Positions 57,790 to 64,000 of a stretch of DNA of 64,000 nt are shown here, in pieces; the first letter of the stretch is position 1; every line of letters starts with the position of its first letter. The translations under genes were made by a program, and so were the position numbers. The notes under the pieces were generated by a model. It made no database searches and was not told the origin of the DNA. It saw only the letters and a program-made list of their open reading frames with translations. The DNA comes from Candidatus Eiseniibacteriota bacterium (GTDB lineage Bacteria; Eisenbacteria; RBG-16-71-46): the NCBI GenBank assembly GCA_963707915.1, contig OY970178.1, positions 701,821-765,820 on the forward strand. Reading direction: 5' to 3'.

Positions 57790-59010
57790 ATGGCGACCGT
57801 CGCAGACGTCCAGCAGCGCGTGCAGCAGCGCCGCGGCGAGATCATCCAGTTCCTGCGCGACATATGCGCCATCCCCTCGATGGACTCCCAGCTCGGTCCG
57901 GTCGGGGAGCGCATCCAGGCCGAGATGCGCAAGCTCGGCTTCGAGGAGGCGCGCTTCGACCGGATGGGCAACACCGTCGGGCGCATCGGCGACGGCCCCC
58001 GGGTCATCGTCTACGACTCGCACATCGACACCGTGGGCGTGGGCGACCCCACGGAGTGGGCCTGGGACCCGTTCGTGGGCAAGGTCGAGGACGGCCGGCT
58101 CTACGCGCGCGGCGCGGTGGACGAGAAGGGCAGCACGCCCGGCATGATCCACGGGCTGGCCATCGCCCGCGATCTCGGCCTGCTCGACGGCACGACCGTC
58201 TACTACTTCGGCAACATGGAGGAGTGGTGCGACGGCATCGCGCCCAACGCCTTCGTCGAGGTGGACCCGAAGGTGCGGCCCGACCTCGTCGTCATCGGCG
58301 AGCCGACCAACCTCGATATCTACCGCGGGCACAAGGGACGCATCGAGATGAAGATCACCGCCACCGGGCGGTCCGCGCACGCCGCCTCGCACTATCTCGG
58401 CGACAACGCCGTGTACAAGATGGCCGCGCTGATCAGCGACATCCGCGACCTCGACCGCCGGATGCGCTTCGGCATGGGCGCGCACCCGGTCCAGGGCTTC
58501 GCCTCGATCGCCGTGACCGACGTCGAGGCGCGCACCGCCTCGCTCAACGCGGTGCCCGACCAGTTCACCATCTTCCTTGACCGGCGCATCACCCTGAACG
58601 AGCCGCACGACGAGGTCATCGCCCAGGTCCGCGGCCTGATCCCCGACTACCTGCAGGACGAGATCTTCGTCGAGGAGCTGGTATTCGATCAGCCCTCGTA
58701 TACCGGCTTCCGCTTCCCGGTGACGAAGTACTACCCGGCCTGGCTGCTGGAGGACGCCCACCCACTGGTGCGCGCCGGGCAGCGGACCCGCGCGCAGCTC
58801 TGGGGACCGGAGCGCCCGCTCGGCACCTGGGACTTCTCGACCAACGGCACCTACTGGGCGGGCAAGGCCGGCATCCCCGCGATCGGCCTCGGGCCCGGCG
58901 ACGAGAAGACCGCCCACATGACCCACGAGAACGTGCCGCTCGACGAGGTCGTGCGCGCGGCCGAGTGGTACGCCTGGCTGCCCAAGGTGCTCGCCGACGG
59001 GGAACGCTGA
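57790..59010 (+). CDS. M20-family metallohydrolase (ArgE/DapE/YgeY-like)
   Basis: M20 metal-ligand motifs (YDSHIDTV, GAVDEKG, GEPTNL, dimerisation insert); ATG 57790 with RBS. Confidence 0.8.
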   Translation: MATVADVQQRVQQRRGEIIQFLRDICAIPSMDSQLGPVGERIQAEMRKLGFEEARFDRMGNTVGRIGDGPRVIVYDSHIDTVGVGDPTEWAWDPFVGKVEDGRLYARGAVDEKGSTPGMIHGLAIARDLGLLDGTTVYYFGNMEEWCDGIAPNAFVEVDPKVRPDLVVIGEPTNLDIYRGHKGRIEMKITATGRSAHAASHYLGDNAVYKMAALISDIRDLDRRMRFGMGAHPVQGFASIAVTDVEARTASLNAVPDQFTIFLDRRITLNEPHDEVIAQVRGLIPDYLQDEIFVEELVFDQPSYTGFRFPVTKYYPAWLLEDAHPLVRAGQRTRAQLWGPERPLGTWDFSTNGTYWAGKAGIPAIGLGPGDEKTAHMTHENVPLDEVVRAAEWYAWLPKVLADGER

Positions 59011-59021
59011 GAGGGACAAGA

Positions 59022-59525
59022 ATGGACTTCCAGGACCTGATCCGCGCCCGCTACAGCTGCCGTGCCTACCTCGACACGCCGGTCGAGGAGGAGAAGCTCG
59101 CGGCCGTGCTCGAGGCGGCTCGCCTCGCGCCGACGGCGGCCAACCGCCAGGCCTTCCGCGTGCACGTGCTCACGACCGCCGGCCGCCACGACGAGTTGCG
59201 CCGGCTCTACGCGCGCGACTGGCTCGCGCAGGCGCCGCTGGTGATCGGCGTCGCCGGGGAGCCCGCCCGCGGCTGGGTGCGCCGCGACGGGCGCAACTAC
59301 GTGGACGTGGACTGCGCGATCGTCATGGACCACCTCGTGCTGCAGGCCGCCGACCTCGGCCTCGGCACCTGCTGGATCGCGGCGTTCGACCCGCCCGCTG
59401 CGCGTGAGCTTCTCCAGCTGCCGCCCGGGTGGGAGCCGATCGCGTTCACGCCGCTGGGGTATCCCGCCGACACCTGCCCGCCCAGGAAACGCCGGCCGCT
59501 CGAGGAGATCGTGACCCGGCGGTAG
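59022..59525 (+). CDS. Nitroreductase-family protein
   Basis: 167 aa; nitroreductase fold motifs (RYSCRAY, LAPTAANRQAFRVHVL, DLGLGTCWI). Confidence 0.8.
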   Translation: MDFQDLIRARYSCRAYLDTPVEEEKLAAVLEAARLAPTAANRQAFRVHVLTTAGRHDELRRLYARDWLAQAPLVIGVAGEPARGWVRRDGRNYVDVDCAIVMDHLVLQAADLGLGTCWIAAFDPPAARELLQLPPGWEPIAFTPLGYPADTCPPRKRRPLEEIVTRR

Positions 59526-59607
59526 GCCTCATCCGCTGGCGCGCTTTCGGGGAGCCGGTTGAACCGCCTGCGCCGCTGATCGCGGCGACGAATCCGTGAC
59601 TGCTTCC

Positions 59608-60831
59608 CTAGGAGAGGAACAACCTGCGGTCGAGGTCGCCGGCCCGGACGGGCTTGCCTTGCAGGATGGTCCACTCGGGGATGATCCGCCTGGAGGTCCG
59701 GCGGATGTCGCCGGTCACGTCCTTGCAGGTGAATTCACCCTCGGCCAGTCTGAAGACGGTGAGGAAGGCTTCGGCGCCGGGCCGGATCTCCCGCTCGAGC
59801 TTGAGGAACTTCGCCGGCCCCGTGCTCGCCCGTTCCATGATCGCGGCGAGTGGCAGGCCCAGCGCCAGGAACTTGGTCAGCACATTGGCAAGAGTCTTGG
59901 CAGAGCCCGTGCTGAGGATATAGAGGTCGGAGCTGATGGTGAAATCGAGAAAGCCCTGGTCGAGCGCCTGCTCGGCCGCCTTGAACTCGAAGCTCGCCAT
60001 GCCGTGGCCGACGTCGAACTTCACGCCCCGGGCCAGGGCGTCTTTCACCGCCTCGTGAATCTTGCCGTTCTGGTCAATGATGCTGTTGCCATGGCCGCGC
60101 AAGAAATGCGTGACGACGTCGCCTTCCTTGAGATAGGGAAGCATATCCGTGAGGTAGGGCGGCGGTGGGCCGATATGGGCCATGCCCGGCAGATGGAGCA
60201 GGTCGCCGGCCTCGCGCAGCTTCTTCACGTAGTAGAGCTGGTCGGAGCGCGGCGACACCTGCTTGTCGGCCCGCACCTTGAGACCCACGATGCGGTGATT
60301 GCCTCCGGCGATGAGCTTCTCCATGGCCGGCAGATCGGCCCAGCCTTCCTTGGTCCGATAGTACTTGGTGATCTCGATCCCGTTCTTGACCACGCTCAGG
60401 AGGGCGAAGCAGGGCACTTCAGGGTTCGGTCCGACCGCGCGCTCCAGGCGGTCATAGTTGTTCACGCCCGTGGTGCCGGCGTCGAGCAGCGCGGTCACGC
60501 CGTGCGCCGCGCCCAGCCGCGAGATGGGTGACCCCGCGCTCTTGCCGTGTTGCCAATCCACGTAGTGAACGTGCAGGTCCACCCAGCCCGGGGAGACGTG
60601 GAGATCCCGGCCGGAAATCGTCTGGCCGGCTGAGGCCAGACTTCCCGGCGCGGCAATCTCGGCGATCCGGCCGTCCCGGATGCCCAGGTCGCAGCGCGAG
60701 AAGGACCCGCCCATCAGGGCCTGCACGTCGCGGAGCACCAGGTCGGCGACCGGCGCGGCCCAACCGCGGCCGGCCACCATCAGCCCCGCGGCGGATGCCG
60801 CGGTCCGCTTCACGAAGTCACGGCGCTTCAT
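59608..60831 (-). CDS. Tat-secreted metal-dependent amidohydrolase-family protein
   Basis: Twin-arginine signal MKRRDFVKRTAASAAGLMVAG; amidohydrolase-like metal ligands (HVHYVDW, GHG, FDVGHG); GGAGG RBS; lower GC than flanks. Confidence 0.7.
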   Translation of the reverse strand: MKRRDFVKRTAASAAGLMVAGRGWAAPVADLVLRDVQALMGGSFSRCDLGIRDGRIAEIAAPGSLASAGQTISGRDLHVSPGWVDLHVHYVDWQHGKSAGSPISRLGAAHGVTALLDAGTTGVNNYDRLERAVGPNPEVPCFALLSVVKNGIEITKYYRTKEGWADLPAMEKLIAGGNHRIVGLKVRADKQVSPRSDQLYYVKKLREAGDLLHLPGMAHIGPPPPYLTDMLPYLKEGDVVTHFLRGHGNSIIDQNGKIHEAVKDALARGVKFDVGHGMASFEFKAAEQALDQGFLDFTISSDLYILSTGSAKTLANVLTKFLALGLPLAAIMERASTGPAKFLKLEREIRPGAEAFLTVFRLAEGEFTCKDVTGDIRRTSRRIIPEWTILQGKPVRAGDLDRRLFLS

Positions 60832-61186
60832 CCTTCTGCCTCCGCAAGCTGGTACGTCGGCCACTATCCCGCCCCCGGACTCGCGGTTCAAGCGGCATCT
60901 TTCTTCCCATCGATCGCCCTCCGATCCCGGGACCGATCACGCGTGTTCGATAGAAGGGTGGAGGCGCCCTTGCTGCCCCTCCCGGCGATGAGGCCCAGGC
61001 TCCCTCTGGGCCGGGCACCGTCGGGCCGCCCGTGCCGCATCCTGCCGGCGGGGTGCTATATTGCCCACGAGGTTCATGGGAGGGAGGGGCTCGCTGGCCG
61101 CGCTTCCCGAGCAGCTCGCGATCTTCAGCGCACGTACCACCGTTTCCGCCGCGCCCCTCGGTGCGGCCGACGAAGGAGGTCCAAGC

Positions 61187-61786
61187 ATGAAGACGGCACT
61201 TGCTCTCGCGTTGGGAATGCTCCTCGCATCCTCCGCACTTGCCGAGCCTCCGCAAAGGAAGAATGAGGTCTTCATCGGAGTCGGCTCTGGCCCCGTCGTC
61301 TTCGTCCTGCAGGCGATTGGGGACGTGTTCGTCGACGTCGCATTCCACGGCGGGGGCAGCTACCGGACCGAGGGTTCGGGCGGCGGGCAATTCGTGGCCG
61401 GATACCAGCATCGGTTCAACCGTTTGCTGGGGGCTGGCGCGAGCGGATCCTGGGCCAAGATCAGCGAGGATCTGTACCGGGAGGGCGAGAACCAGAAGCT
61501 CTCCACGACCACCCGCCAGATGGTGACGATTCAGGTGGACGGGCGCCTGCACTGGGTCGACTGGCGTTGGGGGGGGCTCTACTCGAACGTCGGCCTGGGC
61601 TTCGCCGCGCGCCACTACGAGTACACCGACGATGAGTACCACGTCTCGTTTTCGCACGACTGGAGCCACGCCGCCGTGAACCTGATCCCGCTGGGCGTCC
61701 GCCTCGGGGGCGACGTCGCCGGGCACCTCGAGATCGGCGGCGTCACGAACAGCTGGGTCACCGCCGGGCTCTCCTACCGCTTCTAG
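61187..61786 (+). CDS. Small outer-membrane beta-barrel protein (OmpW/OmpA-like), C-terminal Phe
   Basis: Signal peptide MKTALALALGMLLASSALA; alternating hydrophobic beta-strand pattern; ends ...SYRF; RBS gaaggagg. Confidence 0.6.
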   Translation: MKTALALALGMLLASSALAEPPQRKNEVFIGVGSGPVVFVLQAIGDVFVDVAFHGGGSYRTEGSGGGQFVAGYQHRFNRLLGAGASGSWAKISEDLYREGENQKLSTTTRQMVTIQVDGRLHWVDWRWGGLYSNVGLGFAARHYEYTDDEYHVSFSHDWSHAAVNLIPLGVRLGGDVAGHLEIGGVTNSWVTAGLSYRF

Positions 61787-62905
61787 GCTCCAGGCGATGG
61801 CTGGCATCCCCGGCGTGCGGCTCCATCAAGCCGGCGCGCCGGGGATGTCGGTTTCCGCACGGCAAAGGCCAGCGCCACGCCATTCAGGACGTTGCCGTGG
61901 TGGTCAGCCGGGTGTTCGAAATCGGCGACCGCAGCCAGTCTGCTCCGAGTCCCTACGGAGGAGCCGGAGGAACGGGCAAGGCCACTTGGCATATCCTTGA
62001 AGGCCCTGGGGCCGCTGTCTCGGCAGCCGCGCGGCTCAGACGCTTCGGGACAGGAAGAGTGACGCTCGAGACCAGCACCAAAGCGGGACCAACAACCCGT
62101 GCACTTGCGCCCACAACCGCGGACCCGTAGCCACGCAGGGTAAGCAGGGTGCTGACCAGCTGCGTAGGTCCGCCGACCTGCCGGCTTCAGGCTGACCGAT
62201 GGCGGGAAGGCCACCACGCTGGCCAGGTCCTTCCGGCCGATGGTGAGCGTACCGAGGTGGCCGGTCCCGGCCCTCCGTGCTCAGGCACGGGCGAACGCCT
62301 GCCGTTGAGCTCTTCGTGTAGGTTCCTGCGATGTCCGGCAGATTGCAGCGTTCCACCGCCGCGGGAGACGGTGCCGGGGTCGCCGACCGCGGAGTCTCCG
62401 CGCGCTGTAGCCCGAGCAGAATGCACGCGGCGAGCGCACAAGGGATGAACCAGGGGAGGAAACGCGCGACCGTCCGGGTGAACGCAGAGCGACGAGGGTC
62501 CAGGTCTTGGTGGCACTCCTTCGACCTGGGGGAGGGCCTCCTGCACGATCGAGTGTTGCGACTCACAACGGAGTCGCCTGCGAAGCCGTCAGCACGCCAC
62601 GGCGGCCACCGGGGAGTTCGCAGCCACGACGCGGTTGCGTGGCCAGATCCTCCGAGACCACGAGGCGACATGTTACGCCTCGACCCGTCATGTACAAGGC
62701 TTCTTCGGACGACGGTCTGACGGACCGCGTGCCTGCTTGATTTCCCCCCTGAGCGAAGTGCGCTATCTTGCTGCCGCGTGGCCCCGTAGCTCAGACGGAT
62801 CGAGCAGCGGTTTCCCAAGACGTCACGGGCAAGCTGCGTCGCATCGTGTCGGCACGCGCCGAACCGTGCGCGCCCGGCTGCGGGGCCACCGAGGAGACGC
62901 CCCCG

Positions 62906-63679
62906 ATGTCGGACTTCTCGCTCGACAAGTGGTACATGGACGCCGCCGACGGCGAAGGCAATGTCTACATCGGCTACTGGGCGGCGCTGCACTGGAAGGG
63001 GCTGTCGTCCCACTTCGGCCACCACCTGTGGCGTGCCGCGACGGGCCGCTCATGGTCGCGGGCCGATCTCGGGGCGCCGCCCGCGCCAGACCGCGCGGCC
63101 TCCGACGTGTTCCACTGGCGCACTGCGCATGTCGATGCGACCTGGCGGCGGTCGGAGACGCCGCGCCTCTCCGAAACGCTGCTCGACACCGAACAGGGCC
63201 GGATCGAGTGGACCTGCCTGCTTCCCCGTGCGCGCGCGACGGTGCGCTCGCCGCGGCTCTCGGTCGAGGGCTGGGGCTACGTCGAGCGGCTCGAGCTCAC
63301 GCTGCCGCCGTGGGGCCTGCCACTCGAGACGCTCCACTGGGGCCGCTGCCTGTCGGACCACCACAGCCTGGTGTGGATCCGCTGGGACGGTCCCGACCCG
63401 CGGCGGCTGCTGTGGGTGGACGGCCGGCGCGGCACCGAATACGAGCTCACGGAAGACGGCCTCGTCGCTCCCGGTGCCCGCTGGGAGATCGAGAGCACGA
63501 TGACGCTCCGCACGGGCACGATCGGCGCGACGGTGTTGCGGCCGTTTCGCCGGCTATTGCGGCTGCTGCCCGACGCGGTGACACGCATCGACGAGCACAA
63601 GCGCTTCGCCCGCGGCGTGCTGCATGTCGGGGGCGCGTCTGAACCGGCCACCGCCATCACGGAGCGGGTGACGTGGTGA
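62906..63679 (+). CDS. Hypothetical protein
   Basis: Start ATG 62906 preceded by GAGGAG; 257 aa; no family recognised; ORF track start 62768 less likely. Confidence 0.5.
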   Translation: MSDFSLDKWYMDAADGEGNVYIGYWAALHWKGLSSHFGHHLWRAATGRSWSRADLGAPPAPDRAASDVFHWRTAHVDATWRRSETPRLSETLLDTEQGRIEWTCLLPRARATVRSPRLSVEGWGYVERLELTLPPWGLPLETLHWGRCLSDHHSLVWIRWDGPDPRRLLWVDGRRGTEYELTEDGLVAPGARWEIESTMTLRTGTIGATVLRPFRRLLRLLPDAVTRIDEHKRFARGVLHVGGASEPATAITERVTW

Positions 63680-64000
63680 CGAACGGCCGCGGGCTCGCGG
63701 GCCGGGTCGGCTACGGACTGCTGTTCGTGGCCGTGCTGCCGGCGCTCCTCCTGTCCTGGGCGAACCGGCTCGACGCCGTGCTCCGATGGCCCGTGCCGGA
63801 GTGGCACACGCCCGGCCTCGTGCTCGCCGGCGCGGGCTCCCTGCTCGCGCTTGCCGGCATGCGCGCGCTGATCGTCCGCGGGCGCGGGCTGCCCATGAAC
63901 GCCTATCCACCCCTCGTCTTCGTCACCAACGGCGTATACGCGCTCCTGGCGCACCCGATCTACGCGGGCGCCTTCCTCGCCGCGGTGGGCGCATCGCTCT
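63676..64000 (+). CDS. Membrane methyltransferase-family protein (isoprenylcysteine carboxyl methyltransferase/phospholipid methyltransferase-like); 3' partial
   Basis: GTG start overlapping upstream stop; TM segments and motif LVTNGVYALLAHPIYAG resembling the ICMT-family signature; runs off window end. Confidence 0.55.
   Translation, partial: MTNGRGLAGRVGYGLLFVAVLPALLLSWANRLDAVLRWPVPEWHTPGLVLAGAGSLLALAGMRALIVRGRGLPMNAYPPLVFVTNGVYALLAHPIYAGAFLAAVGASL

Noticed and set aside
62790-62895. tRNA-like element: acceptor GGCCCCG plus D-arm plus anticodon-like loop TTCCCAA, with complementary CGGGGCC-ACC about 105 nt downstream
   Set aside because: No T-arm (GGTTCGAATCC-like) adjacent to the 3' acceptor strand and an impossible 57-nt insert; most likely chance complementarity in GC-rich DNA or a decayed tRNA. 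Kept only as part of the gene-poor-region finding

Overview
High-GC (about 70% by eye) bacterial chromosomal segment with Gram-negative-type gene content (TonB-dependent receptor, patatin-Omp85 fusion, outer-membrane beta-barrel, FlgD/T9SS-like C-terminal sorting domain). A Gemmatimonadota-like lineage is a guess only. I call about 55 protein-coding genes (mostly + strand), 3 tRNAs (Gly-CCC, Pro-GGG, Pro-CGG) and one intact IS481-family insertion sequence (47105-48165) flanked by a 6-bp CCTAGG target-site duplication. Housekeeping genes include mutL, miaA, der-plsY-gpsA, surE-pcm, apt, asnA, a cold-shock protein and an RpoS/RpoD-like sigma factor. Two operon-like clusters stand out: (i) nikR-cbiM(PDGLE)-cbiQ-cbiO, a Ni/Co ECF transporter whose ATPase gene is broken by two +1 frameshifts and which has a candidate NikR operator over the nikR start; (ii) a complete reductive pyrimidine catabolism cluster (mmsA, dihydropyrimidinase, N-carbamoyl amidohydrolase, class-III aminotransferase, preT, preA) followed by a TonB-dependent receptor, with the aminotransferase broken by three +1 frameshifts. 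The best candidates for undescribed biology are a translationally coupled patatin-Omp85 plus giant PHP-domain protein pair (51261-56016), a 601-aa GlpX-like protein next to the IS, and a roughly 1.1-kb gene-poor, lower-GC stretch (61787-62905). No CRISPR array, rRNA or recognisable defence system was found. Nothing here was searched against a database; product calls rest on motifs and remembered family sequences. The many long antisense or alternate-frame ORFs in the track (e.g. 2114..6532 -, 22716..25673 -, 50550..53654 -) are treated as high-GC artefacts.
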